A stretch of DNA of 64,000 nucleotides from Ginglymostoma cirratum (taxonomy: Eukaryota). How positions within the stretch are numbered: position 1 is the first letter of the stretch; every line of letters starts with the position of its first letter. The notes beneath the pieces were generated by a model. That model worked only from the letters and a program-made list of their open reading frames with translations. It had not been told where the DNA came from and searched no databases. This document shows positions 12,556 through 26,376 of this stretch, in pieces. The position numbers were made by a program, and so were the translations under genes. The stretch spans positions 72,130,958-72,194,957 of the forward strand of contig JAHRHZ010000012.1 in NCBI GenBank assembly GCA_024137785.1, written 5' to 3'.

Positions 12556-12778
12556 AAATAAAAACCGAAAGAACTGCGGATGCTGTAAATCAGGAACAAA
12601 AACAAAGTTGCTGGAAAAGCTCAGCAGGTCTGGCAGCATCTGTGAAGGTAAAAAAAGAGTTAACTTTTTGGGTCCAGTTCTGAGGAAGGATCACCGGACC
12701 TGAAACGTTAACTTGGTATTATCTTTCAGAGATGCTGCCAGACCTGCTGAGCTTTTCCAGCAATTTTGTTTTTGTTCA
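12556..12778. mobile_element. Palindromic Penelope-derived non-autonomous element with hammerhead-like core
   Basis: Arms gaacaaaaacaaagttgctggaaaagctcagcaggtctggcagcatct and agatgctgccagacctgctgagcttttccagcaattttgtttttgttc. Centre reads CTGAGGA-aggatcaccggacct-GAAACGTTA (12680-12710). Confidence 0.8.
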
Positions 12779-15295
12779 TAAATTAGTAATGTTACTTAAA
12801 ATGGTCAGTCTTAAAATGCTTAAAATTTACTTAAACTGCAACGGAGATTGCATTTTCTCTCTTCTTGGAGTAGAATGACATCCCCTTTAAGTGCATGATA
12901 TCAATCCCTAGCTGAGAACACAATTTAAATGGTAAATTGAGTCAGTCAGTATAAGATATTCTGAATAATTATCAAGTTGTCGACTACTGCTGATAATTTT
13001 TGGCCTATCGGAAAGCCTAGCAATCTGCAATTCTAATTCATTTAGTAAGACAGATTTATTAAACAAAAACAGCATAATCTCAAACCTTTGCTACACCTCA
13101 CGCTGTTTTGGCAGATAATGAATTTGTCTAGACTTATAATGTGACTCAAAAAGCACTGCTAGAAATTTTGAACAGTGCAGAAATCATTTGAAATGACAAG
13201 ATATTACAGTAATAAATTACAGTTTTGAGCTTTTGATCCAAGTTACTACCAAGACTCATTCTTGGTAATAGGAAATTGAAAGGGATGTGTGAACCAACCC
13301 TATACAACAGATTAAGCAAGGAGCTATGACTTAGATTTATACTTTTCACATGTTTCAACAGAAACCCCACACATTATTAAGAACTCTAGGGAATAGGGAG
13401 TTGAGAAATTTCCTGACTCAGCAGACCTGTCACATTTAAAAGGGTCCTCATTTACCATACTTTAATTCTAGATAGATTGGAATAGGATAAAATCAGTCCC
13501 ATCACCTCCAGAGGTAGTTTGGAGGCAGCCACTGAGGTCTGTGAATGATGTGGCAGGCTTGCCATCTATGACTTTTATACTGTTGTGTTAAAGTCATATC
13601 ACTCCTCTATCCCTTACACCAACATGCCCTCGTAGCCTCCAGAATATTATATACCCACTAAATAGCCCCATGCCTCCTTCATAACTATTTACCTACTGTT
13701 CACCAGTCTCCTCTATGGGCAGACCACAGGAACCATGGGGAGATGAAAACTAAACATTTGACAATCTAAGTGAACTTTCACTTCTCAAAGTTGATACTGA
13801 AAAATATCCCTCATTCATAAAACCCGCTCAAAAATTTGAAATCGCCTTGATTGATCGATCTATTTTGAAAACAAACTTTATTTGCTAATAACATCAAAGG
13901 CAGATAATCCGTAAAAATCTCTTAAAATTGTAAATTAAGATGTCAACACAATACTCCTGTGAAGAGAATTCTTTTTGGAGGATTTTTGAAACTCAGCCAA
14001 GTATTCATAATGGGCTGTTCTGCAATAACACACCTTGAGAAATCTTAACATGGAAGTCTACTCAAACTTTATGAATAGATGGCTTATGATTTGTTGAAGC
14101 TACACCAGATGGCCTGTCAGCCAATGCACTCAAGGAGAGGGTGGGTACTTTGCTTGAACTGAAATCTGCGGCCTGTTTTTGTTTTACTTTTTAAAGCGTT
14201 GGGAATTTAAATAACTTCAGATCACAAGTAAACACAGACTTTACCTGCCTATTAAGAGCACGCCAGCCTCCTCCAGAAATTTGTGACTGTGAGTTAAGGT
14301 CCTTGGAATACCCCATATTAAAAATGGGGTCTGTTTGAGCTCAGCACCAATTTCAAATAGCCCTATTGAGTTTCAGGTTTCCCACCCATGTGAATCATAT
14401 ATTACCCCTGCCCTGCTGGCAAAATGGGATCTGACAGAATTGAGCAGGACCTATATATCCAGATCTACTCACCATTTTTAAAGGCTATCAGATCCAATTC
14501 AACACCATTCAAATTGAACTCTGAAGAATTATACATTATAGTAATGCTACTCAGGAAATATTATTTTATCGCATTCTATTGCATTGGTTTTGTCACACAG
14601 AAATGTATCATGTCTGAACTAATAGTGAAAGAATGGACTATTTTGCAGTCAGATCTTGTGCAAATGTACAGATCAATTTATTTCACTTTTAGTTTGCTGA
14701 CGGTACATAATACAGTTAAAGTAATGAAATCCCAGAAGAAATCATTTTAAATCTAGCCTCTAAGTACCTGAGAGAGAAAGGAATAGAAGGGTGTAGTGAT
14801 GTCTATATAATCGGATAGAAAGAGGCTCCTATAGATCATAAACACCAGCATAGGTAATTAAGGTCGAATGACCTGTTTCTGTGCTGTAAACTCTCTGAAG
14901 CTCCATATCAGAAAACTTCAAATATGGTTCAAAAATAAGGAGCTTTCATGAAATATTTTACAGGAAAAACCATTTTAAGTAAAACTACTGGACACTTGGT
15001 TTGTCATTTATAACCAGGTTATGAGTTGTCAATTGTTGAGGGAGTGTCTGGCTGTGTTCACAATGTACAGTCAGAAAGTTACTCATGAGTTGAGAATGGT
15101 TGGGTGCAGCTGAAATAGATGTAGAGAATATAAGACTTTAGGAAGGTACTGTCAAAATACATTAAAGTGGAATTACATCGGATAATAATATTTCAGAAAT
15201 AAATTTACAATGTTCTTATAAACATACTGTAGTCTTTGTTAGTTGGTCGAAATTGGTACTAAAAGACTTGAAATATTTATATCTCTTAATTGCAG

Positions 15296-15399
15296 ATGCA
15301 TATGGCCCATTTGTGGATATCTTTGGTGTGACGTCAGACAATTCAACTGCAATTGGCCCACCTAATGTCACAGAAAAGACAATGGAGGATGGCATTGCG
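15296..15399 (+). CDS. NTRK2: TrkB juxtamembrane exon (104 bp, phase 1 to 0)
   Basis: ctcttaattgcag acceptor and GCG|gtaagt donor. Translation DAYGPFVDIFGVTSDNSTAIGPPNVTEKTMEDGIA resembles TrkB [34 protein letters not shown]. Phases fit both neighbours. Confidence 0.85.
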
Positions 15400-15649
15400 G
15401 TAAGTACCTTAGTAAGAGATTAGTGCTCAATAGAACAAATTGCTTCATATGGCTATGTGAAAGCAGACAAAAAGATTTGTATTGCTAGAGCATTTTTTGT
15501 GACCTCAGAAGGTCTACAATTCTATACAATCGAAGAATGGCTTTTGGTATGTGTTAAAACTGTTAGAGTGTAAGAAGTGGTATGGCAAATTTCTAAAAGT
15601 AGAATATTGTAAAAAGTGATGCGATTGAGGAATAAATATTGATATGGAC

Positions 15650-15875
15650 AGTGGGGAAATCTCTCCCATTCTTCGTAAAAATGGAATCCTGTGTTATTGG
15701 ATCCCAGCTGGGAGGATTGAAACAGACCTGGTTTTGATGTCTCATCCAAAAGCTTGTAGCCCATCTGTATACTGCAGTTAATTATCAGCCATTACTATGA
15801 GCTCAACTCTCCAGAATAGGACTGGAATCCACAACCTCTGACTCAGAGGGAAGAGTGTCATCAGTTGTGTCACCT
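15650..15875 (-). mobile_element. SacSINE1/Deu-SINE-like tRNA-derived SINE fragment
   Basis: gactggaatccacaacctctgactcagagggaagagtgt is the reverse of a tRNA-like head. Body is similar to the copy at 40035-40470. Confidence 0.5.
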
Positions 15876-16049
15876 GGTTGTTTTATTGGAAAAACAACTG
15901 AATCACATTAGACTGGGTCTGTGCCAGGTGATGAAGGAAGCAATAAGACAGAAACACAGTTGACCTCATCCTCACTAATCTGCATACTGCAGGCATTCTT
16001 CAGGGTAGTCATACAAGGCTCAACCATTTTTGGCTGCTTCATCAATGGC

Positions 16050-16915
16050 CTTCCCTCCACTGTAAAGTCAGAAGTAGGGGGTCTGCGCAGATGATTGCAC
16101 AATGTTTTGCACCATTCATGACTTTGTAGATGCTGAAGCAGTCCATACCTTAATGCAGCAAGACCTGGACAATATCTAGGTTTGGACTTATACATGGCAA
16201 GTGATTTTTACACAACGCAAGTGCATGAAATGAACATCTCTGACAAGACAGAATCTAACCCATTGCCCTTTGACATTCAATAGCATAAGCGTCACTATCA
16301 ACATATTGGGGGTTACTATTGATGAGAAACTGAACTGGACTAGCCATATAATTACTGTTGCTACAACAGAAGCTCAAAGTCTAGGAATCCTGCAGTGAGT
16401 AACTCACCCCCACTCCTCCAAAGCCTGTCCGTTATCTATAAATCACAAGTCAGAAATGTGATGGAATACTTCCCACATGGCTGGATGAGCGAAATTTCAG
16501 CAATGTTAAAGATGCTTGACACCATTTAGAACAAAGCAACATGCATGATTGACACCCCATCCTCAAACATTTCTCTCCATCACAGACGCTCATTAGTAGC
16601 GATGCATACTGACTGAGAGGCACTGCAGAAATTTACCAAGCCTCCTTAGATAGTGTCTTCCAAATCCACAACTATCTAAAAGGACAAGGACAGCAAATAC
16701 ATGTGAACCATCACCACCATCACCTGCAAGACATTGTCCCTGCCACCCATCAGCCTGATTTGGAAATATATAATTGTTTTGTTAGTGTTACTGGGCCAAA
16801 ATTCTGGAACTCCCTTCTAACTGCAAAAGGAAGCTCACCACCACCTTTTTAATGGCAGCTAGGCATGTATAAATACTGACCCATCCAGTGAAACCCATAT
16901 CCCATGAAGAAGAAT
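16050..16915 (+). mobile_element. 3' part of a CR1-clade LINE (RT C-terminus and tail), decayed
   Basis: atgcagcaagacctggacaatatc (MQQDLDNI), atctataaatcacaagtcagaaatgtgatggaatac (IYKSQVRNVMEY) and the tail cacatcccatgaa. Same family as 19786-20650. Confidence 0.8.
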
Positions 16916-17599
16916 AATAATAAAAAAATGGTGCTGGGACCGAATGAGATAGATCTTTAATTAAGAGTGAATTGAACGGCCTCACATATCTACATTTACT
17001 TTTCTGACCATTGTGATACCAAAGAAATCCTATAATAGATTGGAAAATGTATCTGTACCATAGATATTCACCATTGCACCTCTTGTAGCATTGCTGTCAC
17101 ACCTTGGCCTCCATTCCCAAACTGTCGAGCAGCAAATCATTCATCTACAGGATTTAAAAGATATTCATTGACATTATTTTAATTTGATGTCAAATGGAGT
17201 CCTCAGTTTTAGCAGGTCCATTGATCTAAAATTAAAAATGCAAATAATACTTAATTTCAATTTCCTCAGTGCCTGGAGCATATAATGTTAACATTCCCAA
17301 TGGATCCATTATTTAAAATGTAATTGAAATGGCTTTATTGAATATTTTTACATCTTTGCAATTTCATGGCATTGATCATGTTGATCCTCAAGGCTCATTT
17401 GTAAATAGTTTAAATTAAAACTTTACTTTTTTGGCTAAAAAAAATCAAGAACAAATTAAGCATCTTTAATTGCGCTGTGAAGCCATCCACATAAATCAGC
17501 ATTTATATTGTAAAAAAATTAGTTATGAAAAATTATTAAGTCACTTTATTTTCTCTTTGTGATATCGACATAAGAAGCACTTCTACCAATGGGTCATTG

Positions 17600-19780
17600 T
17601 GAATCACAGAATCGGTAGGTGCAGGAGGAGGTCACTCAGCCCATCGTGTCTACCCTGGCTTTCTGAGCATTTTAACTTAGTGCCAGTTTGCCGTAGCCCT
17701 GTACATTATTTCTATTCAAATAATTAGCCAATGCCCTTTTGGCTACCTCAGTTGAACCTGCTTCTACTACACATCCAGGCAGTGTGTTTTAGACTCTAAT
17801 TACTCATTGTGTGAAAAATATTTTCTCACCTCACATTTACTGATCTTGCAAAACACTGATTCTTGATCTATTTATGAGTAAGAACAGTTTCTCCCTACCC
17901 ATTCTCTTCAGACACCCTCACGATTTTATGATCTAGTATCAGATCTCCTCCTAGCTGTCTCCTCTCCAAGAAAACGGTTCCAACTTTTCTCATCTTTCCT
18001 CATAACGGAAGCGTCTCATCACTGGAACTATACTCATTAACGTCTTCTGCACTATGTCCAATGCATTCACATTCTTCCTACAATCGCAACTCACAGTACT
18101 CAAGCTGATACCTAACCGATATCTTACATAAGTTCACTTAACTCCCTGCACTTGTACTCTACTTTTATGAGGCAAAGAATGTTATTTGCTTTATGAGCAG
18201 CTCTCACTATCTTTCTTGCAAGCTCTATGACATACATACATATGTATCCAGATCTCACCCACACTCTTTACATTAGTATCTTTTATTTTATACTGTCTCT
18301 CCATGTTCTTTGCACCAAAGTACATCACCTCACAGTTCTCTACATTGAAGTTCATTTGTCTCTTATCCACCCACTCCACGAAGTTATCAATGTCTTTTTG
18401 AAGTTCTACACTATCCTCCTTACAAGTTACAATGCTCCCAAATTTTGTGTCATCAGCAAACTTTGTAATTGGCCCCTACTCAGCAAATTCTAGAGAATTT
18501 ATACATAACCAGAAGAGCAAATGTCCCAATACCGACCTTTGGGGAGCTCCACTACAGACCTTACTCCAGCGCAAAAAATACCTATTAAGCATCACTCTTG
18601 CTTCCCATCCTTTTGACAATCCTGTATCCATGTTGCTATTATTCCTTCTATTCCAGAATACATAATTTTCATCACAAATCACTTGTGTGGTATTGTGTAA
18701 AATGCCTTTTGAACTTCCATGTCCACCATATCAACAGCCTTGCCCTCCAAATCTTCTTTGTTACCTCTTTTAAAAAAATTCCAGAATATTGGGTAGACAC
18801 AATTTTCCATTAACATATCCATGCTGATTCTTCCAAATAAATCCATAATATTCTCTCTGACTAATAATTATATCGTGGATAATTTCTGGTGGTTTACCCA
18901 CCTCTGAGGTTAAACTGAATGGTCTGAACTTACAAGGCCAAACTTTACAGCATTTTTTGAGCAAGGACATAATGCTTACAATTCTCCCATCCTCTGGCAC
19001 CACCTCCAAAGCCAGGGAGGATTGAAAGGTAATTGCTAGTCCCTCTGCAATTTCTATTCTCACTTCCTTTAATATTTTTGATGCATTTCACTCAGTTCCA
19101 ATTCCTTGTCAACTTTAAACATCAACTTATGCAATTTCTCTTTCTTATAATTTTTAAATCCTTTTGGACTGAGTTTCCTCGTCTGTCACCATGGGCTACA
19201 TATCATCTCCCTTGTAGGGAAAAAAAAGAGATGTATTAACATCTGAGCCATGCCTCTTGCATTTGTGCATGAATCCCCTTTATTGCTCCCTAATCAGTTC
19301 TACTTCTTCTTTTACTATTGATGTGCTTGTAGAAGACTTTGGGATTTGCCATTGTTAGCTGCCAGTCTTTTTTCAGAGATTTCTTTGCTAATATTCATTC
19401 TTAAACCTCCGCTTTCAACCTTCTATGTTCAGCTTGGTTTTTAATTGTATTTATGTAAACATTGTCACACGTTTACTTCTTTATTTGTTGTCTCGTTTGT
19501 CATCAAGGAAGCTCTGGAGTTGTTTAACCTACCTTTTCCCTTTGAGGGAATTTATCTTCATTTGGCCTAAATAATATCTTATTTTGAGGTAGCTCATTGC
19601 TCAGCTATTATTTTTCTCACCAAACTTAGGTCCTGGATTATCTGGCTCAGCTCTTTTCTTGTCCCCACTGAAATCTGCTTTCCATCACATGATTACTCTT
19701 ACACTGGATTGACCAGTGGCATTTTCTAACATCGTCCTAAACCTTGTGACACAATATTCATTGTCCCCAAAATGATCCCC
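17600..19780 (-). mobile_element. CR1 LINE, 5'-truncated and decayed
   Basis: ORF-track pieces EIAEGLAITFQSSL...FRPFSLTSEVGK, WSKVCSGAPQRSVLG and EWVDKRQMNFNVENCEVMYFG are CR1 RT motifs. 3' tail at about 17600. Confidence 0.9.
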
Positions 19781-19785
19781 CATTG

Positions 19786-20650
19786 TCACATGAGCAATTT
19801 TGGTGAATTTCTGCAGTATATCTTGTAGATAGTACACATTGCTGCTACTGAGTGTTGATAGTAAAGAGAATGGGTGGTTGTGGATGTGGTGCCAATCAAG
19901 CAGGCTGCTTTATCCTGGATGGTGTCAAGCGTCTTGAGTGTTGTTGGAGCTGCATTCATCCAGGCAAATGGGGAGTATACCTTCATAATGCTGACTTGTG
20001 CCTTGTAGATGGTGCACAAGCTTTGGAGAGTCAGGAAGTGAGTTAGTCACTGCGGTATTCTTAGACTCTGATCTGCTTTTGCTGCCATTGTATTTATATT
20101 AGCAAGTCTAGATGAGTTTCTGGTCAATGGTAACCCCAAGAATGTTGATAGTGGGGGAATTCGGTGATGGTAACACCATTGAATGTCAGGGGGAGATGGT
20201 TAAATTGTCTGTTATTGGAGATGGTCACTGCCTGGCATTTGTGTGGCACAAGTGTTACTTGTCACTTTTCTGCCAAAGCCTGGATATTGTCCAGATCTTG
20301 TTGCATTTGAACATGGACTGCTTCAGTATGTGAGGAGTTGCGAATAGTGCTGAAAATTATGCAATCATAAGCAAACGTCTCTGCTTCTGACGTTATGATG
20401 GAGGGAGTATCACTGATGAAGCAGCTGAAGATGGTTGGGCCTAGGACACTACCCTGAAGAACTTCTGCAGAGATATCCTGAGGCTGAGATAACTGACCTT
20501 CAACAACCACAACCATCTTCCTACATGCCAGGTATGACTCCAACCACTGGAGAGTTTGCCCTCTAATACCCATTGATTACAGCTTTGCTAGGGCTCCTTG
20601 GTGCGACACTTTGTTGATTGCCAAGGGCTTTCACCCTCACCTCATCACTG
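19786..20650 (-). mobile_element. CR1-clade LINE RT fragment
   Basis: MGIRGQTLQWLESYL...VLQGSVLGPTIFSCFISD...FAYDC (decayed FADD) and IYKAQV...LDTIQDKAACLI. Confidence 0.9.
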
Positions 20651-23600
20651 TGTGTAATCACTAATAACACCTTTGTTCTTTTCAAATTAACAAAATAAAG
20701 TAATGATTTGCATGTTTCTTACAATTTGTTTCATCTATTTTGGCTACAAAGACTTTAGGAATCATGTAGCTGTAGATACTTTCCATAACAAGTGATAGTG
20801 CAGCACCCCCATAAGCAGAACATCCAGGTCCATGCCTGCAAAGCAGATCATCAAACTTCCCTTCATTGTATCTGGGCCATAGTCTGGCAGTTCTGGACAT
20901 GGCAGTTCTTGTCCAGGAGCACAATGATCTCTCAAAGATGGTGTTGGCACCAGGAATACTGGTAAATTCCTGGCCATGGTAGCAATAGTGAGTTGTTCTG
21001 GGAATGGCGTATGGTAAGATGGGGATAGAATAGAGTGAGACGGCTGTTGGATGAGCAGGGTAAGTTGTTAATGAAACAAGTTTGGTAAGCTACTGCAGGG
21101 AAACTTGCTCAGCCTTGCAACAAAAAAAAGTCTTAAAACTGACTGTAACTGGCACTTAGCCAAAAACATGCAGGATTTAGCCCCACGAGTTTTCCATACT
21201 CTGTAACTGAACAGAGTAATAAACCTGAAATAATGAAATTACCTCCAACTTATAGTACACAACTGAGCACTAATCTTCATTAGCCCACGAAGAGCGGTGA
21301 CAATGTATTTCATTATGTATAAAGTCAGCCAATGCTGCCAGTCATAAAATGTTGATGTCCTTGTTACATTAATTTAGGAAATAAAAGTGTGGCTCATGGC
21401 ATAATGTTGAGTAATGTGATTCATCCATATTGCACTGTCAGCACATTCTGATTACTCCAATTTATCCAGATCTCAAAGCAGCACTGTGTGTTCAGACCTC
21501 TACATGTGAAAAGCTGATATGATTTCATATGTGCAATGGTCCTCTGTGGGAATTTTAACAGGTTTTTAAGATGTTGGTTTGGAGGTGTAAGAGTGAACAA
21601 AGTCAGCTGGTGTCAGCGACCTGTTCCTGCCTTCACTTGCTTTAATACAGGCGGACGGATTCCTGTGTTGACAACTTGCAGATCACCAGTGGGAAACCAA
21701 TTAAGATAATTTGGAAAGCAAATGTTTCCACCAAAATACAATTTTTACAGTGGTGCATGGGGTCCATGCTGTATGTTAAGAAAAGCGGAGAGCACAGCAG
21801 GAGGTCAAGGTAGCATGAAAAAAATACTCAATCTGGCCATTTGACTGCTGCAAAGGGCAAGCCTGAGGGCATCCACGGATCGGGGCTTACCATTGCAAGG
21901 GCAACATCTGGGCACTGCTCTCTCAGCCCATGCTCGGAATGTATTCCCACAAATTTTTCTTGCAGCCATTTTACTTAATCCTATCTTGAGGCTGGCTTTC
22001 ACCTCAGGAGAAGCCTGCCAATCCAGCTGTGGTGGTGCATGTTTGGCTTTCCTTCCTTCTCAGTTACTCACCATTTCTAATCGGACAGCAAACCCAAAGG
22101 CAGCTGCAGGTCGGTTGCCTTCTAGAAAATTGATCCTGAAGATATGCTGCTCAGACAGGCAGGTAACAGATCCATGAACGGTCACAGTGACTGAAAATAC
22201 ACTGTGGCATGGACTCAGCCCCGCAGCTTACAAAGAAAATATGAATACTGTATGTACTTCTATACATGTCATATGCGTTACCAAGAAGCATGCAGATTTG
22301 ACTTTTGCTAATGGTTGTTGTAGGATAGATCTGAGAACTAGCACTAATGGGTCAGTTTTCGGATACTTTAACAAACCTGTTCAGATGGGTTCTGACCCAC
22401 CTCTGATGAAAGTGGGCCTTGAACATAATAATACCACCACTGTACCACAAGACCATTACAGGTCGATTTTTATACTCAACATACATAGGATGGATAGTAG
22501 GATGATAGATTGTAACGCTTGACCAATGTCATTGGCAAGACATCTGGGCCCAGAAATTTGGCAGCATCCATTTTTGGGCATTTTTCATCGACTGCTAAGA
22601 GCCTACCTCAAATGAGAAGAACTGACGTGTCTGAGAGTTTGGGCTTTATCATGTGGATTGTGAATTAGGATCCATACAGGTTCATGCACCAATTTTCATG
22701 TAAGTGTTGGGGTAATATTGTGGGACTTTGTAAGGCTGGGCCTCAGAGTGTGATCAAAGTGCTGTTAGGAGTTGAGGAAGAAGAGTGTGAGGATCTGCTG
22801 TGTTTATGGGGACTCAAGGCACCATCAGTAGAAGGTGCTTGGAGGACGAGCCTGAGCCTGAGGAGACTGCCCCAAAAACCAGACTCACAGGAGTGTGGTC
22901 AGAGATCTCCAGACTAGGTGATGCAGTGATGATGGTATACTTAGTATTTTAAAATTCTGTGTTGTTTATCATTAGTTTTCCCAGAGATAATCAACACTGG
23001 CATATCCTGCTGTAGGTACAAAACGGCTTCAGGCATGGGTAAAGTGCACCTATTATTTAGTGCTTTACCAAAATACTTCTGGCATCCCTCGGAACCAATG
23101 TGTAATCCTTAACCTGTAGCTAGTGTTCAGTTTTATTCAATGAGAGAACTGCTGGGGACTTCTGAGTATCACTGGACTGGGGAAATAGGAAGTCTGTAGG
23201 GTCATCAGTTGAGCATGGACCTACAACCAAGTTAAGAGCTGGTTTGATAGGGCAAAGGGGGCATTGGGAGCTTTATTAAAGAGGATATAAGCAGCAAGGA
23301 AAGGAGGAACATATATGCTCAAACTATGCCCATAAGTACATATGAAGTACGTTTTATTATTTCCCGAGATCCTTACAATGATGTTTTTCAAGAGATTTTG
23401 GTTCTGACTATTTCTTTTTCCTTGAAGTGGAACACTGGAATATAAGAACAGTTTGAACAGTAGTAGAACGTACAACCTGCAAGCCTATTCCACCATTCAA
23501 TAAGATCGTGGTTGATCCATATCGCAACGCTTGCATTTTAGTTCCATATCCCCAATACCCTTTCCAGCAAAAATACATGCATTTTTGTTCCAAAGTTTCC

Positions 23601-24906
23601 AAAGGTTCCAGCCACCTCAGTATTTTGGGTGAGGATGGAGTGGGCAGATTGAGTGCTCAGCAGGTGATGTGCATCAAAAAACATCAAAGGACCCACAATT
23701 CATATTAACTAATGAATCTTCTGCCCAGTTCTGTTAAGAACATTGGATACCTAAATAGGGGTCTGCACAATATGACAATAGGCTGACTCAGCTGGGGGTC
23801 AGCAGTACATTTACTTTTGTCATTTTTATCAAACTACTGCCTTTTTCCCCCACTGTAAAATGTAAGGTACAGTGGTGAAAATCAGGCTGTCGGCATATTC
23901 TTCATAACCCTGATATACTCAGAATACACTCGCAATAAAGCTCAGGACACGTTAAAGGTATGTGCACAGTTGGGATTTGACATTCAGGCACTATTTCAGA
24001 GTCACACCTGTCTACATTACAGAACATTTTATCTAATCTAATAAAGCTAAATATATGAACTATGGCTGGAGGCATTCCTAGAGGTTAAAGGACATGATCA
24101 CATGATATTGGTAAATGGTATTTGTTTTTTTTTTGCAGTTGTAAACCTTTGCTCATTGATGTGTGCCTGTATGAGAAATCCCAAGTACTAGTGGGTAAAG
24201 AAGAGAAATCGAGAGCAGGGGAATGGGGGAAACCTATCAGAGGAGTTCCTTGCGAGGGTGGGGGAACTAAATTTGGAAAGAACATTTATTTCGCTAGAAT
24301 TTCATTGAGAATTTTGAATTTTAAAAGATCTAGAAATAGAATATTATAAAATATTAAAAACATTAAAGGGGCAGTTTTAGGCCTGCCCAGTTGGCTGAAA
24401 CCAGACAGTAGGAAGTTAAAATGCCTTGAGTTGGTTACCAGGATTACATCATCTTCCTGAACAGGTGGCATGGACACTCACCAAAGTCAAAGGGGCTTTT
24501 ATAAATGAATTTTGATGTCCAAAGTGATGGTATCCTTGAGATCTGACCACAATTTTAACTCTAGCCTGAAAAGACATGCCAATGCCATGCCAATCCAGAT
24601 CATAGAGTAACCAGCCCCAGAGAAAATCAGACAGTGTGCATTCTTGCTTTTATGAGGAATAGGAACAGGAATGCCAGATTTCATCTATTCTAGATGAACT
24701 TTTCCCCCTGCCTCCCCACCCCCCAACCTGCCCTCTGGCCCCACCAGCCCTTCACCTAAAGCAAAATTCTTAAGTAAACAAGAATAATTTAAGTGAATTT
24801 AACAGCAGACAATCAGTCTACACTTACAGAATAATTAAAGATAATGTATATTCAAATTTTAAACAAAACATTCATGTTTTCTAATTTAAATATTCTTGTA
24901 TCTCAG

Positions 24907-25006
24907 GTATATGTTGTCGTTGGGGTTGCAGCTTTGGCATGCACTGGACTGATACTAATGCTAATAATTCTCAAGTTTGGAAAACACTCCAAGTTTGGAA
25001 TGAAAG
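24907..25006 (+). CDS. NTRK2: TrkB transmembrane exon (100 bp, phase 0 to 1)
   Basis: ttgtatctcag acceptor and AAG|gtaagg donor. VYVVVGVAALACTGLILMLIILKFGKHSKFGMK(G) is a hydrophobic helix followed by the Trk HSKFGMKG motif, closest to non-mammalian TrkB as I recall it. Confidence 0.96.
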
Positions 25007-25631
25007 GTAAGGCAGACACAATTTTGCCAAAATGACATCTTGGAAATAAAATTCTATCAAAGTTGAGCGGGGAGGTGCCAGTTCAGTCTGTAATTGATAA
25101 TCATTGGAATTGGGAATTACTAACTGCATTCAGCTGGTGCACTATTATCAAACCTCCAAGCAGTACATGACACAAATATTAAATGTAACACCTAAGGTGT
25201 GATGGATGTCATGCAAAGTTTTGCCAGTTATATATGAATTTTCCTGCGTTATTTAATTCCAACTGAGGCAGTAGAACAATGTGTAAACTTCGTATGGAGG
25301 TTTAAGCAGATGTCACTTCCTTTTCCCTTTTTACATGTAATCTCAAGGATGGAATGGGTAACTCACAACTGATAAGTGACTTCATGTGGATAATAGTCAC
25401 CTAAATCCAATTGCTTCCGCTTGATGATTTTCATCGCTTCTTACCCAGATTGGTAAATGCAAGGAAAGTAAATTGTGCCTCTTGGGGAATCAATTGTGTC
25501 TGAAAAAGTATGCTTTATCTCACTAGTGAGAGGAAGATCACAAAAAAATAGAAAGAAGAAAAGTGGAGAATCTGATTTTGGCAGTAACAGTCCAGTTCAA
25601 TCAAGAGGTTGTAACATTGTTAAATGAGTGT

Positions 25632-25975
25632 TGAAAAAATTCCACAGAGGCCGGTATCTCATCAGCAAGTCAGCCTTTATTTACACATGGGGAGTCTTTG
25701 ACAATGATCCAGCTCTCTCAGAGCCAGCTCAGGGTGAACAGAACCTCTGACACTCCTGTTTATATCTGGCTGGTATCCCATCACCAAGTCACCCTTTATT
25801 TACTTGTGCACAGGACACTGGCAGTGTCCATCCAGTTTTGAGTCAGTCCCTGAACCGAGGAGATTCTCATCTCCTGGTTATATTAATCAGACAGGGCTTT
25901 CCTCATTGGGCCAAGTTAACAACCCCAATCAATCACCTCATAGTAAATGAGGTCAACCTGGTTCCAATCACTACA
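25632..25975 (-). repeat. Composite 3' LTR (near-complete LTR plus a 140-bp sister-type LTR end)
   Basis: The ggtatc(c/t)catca(c/g)caagtca(c/g)cctttattta and ctcctg(g/t)ttatat motifs each occur twice in tandem (25652 and 25772 onward). Confidence 0.82.
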
Positions 25976-26376
25976 TCCATCACCCTCAAGTCCAGGGATG
26001 AAAGCCTGATCTTTGGCTTATAGCTTTTCCTGAGACGTTTTCACCCAAAGTCCATTTCCTCTGATTCAGACTCTAACACAGGCCGTGTGTACCTCTTATG
26101 TCCAGAGTGTCATGAGAGAGTTTCCTCTTCTTCTTAAGGTGGTAATGGTATTGAGGGGGAATTCATGTCAGACTCTGGGGTTTGCTCGACACTAGACAGA
26201 GGGGGAGAACCTATGATTTCCAACAGGCCTTCTGGCTGTTCTATGCGGCCAGGCATGTTTTATTCCTGCCCTGTTTGCGAGATAACAGCTTTCAGATGGT
26301 CCATGTGTTTGTTGAGAACGGTATCACCTACTCAAACTTTGTAAGTGACAGGACCTGACCTAGCATCAACCTTGCC

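Noticed and set aside
24844-25035. 63-aa ORF as a small membrane protein
   Set aside because: It is the TM exon read through its flanking intron sequence.
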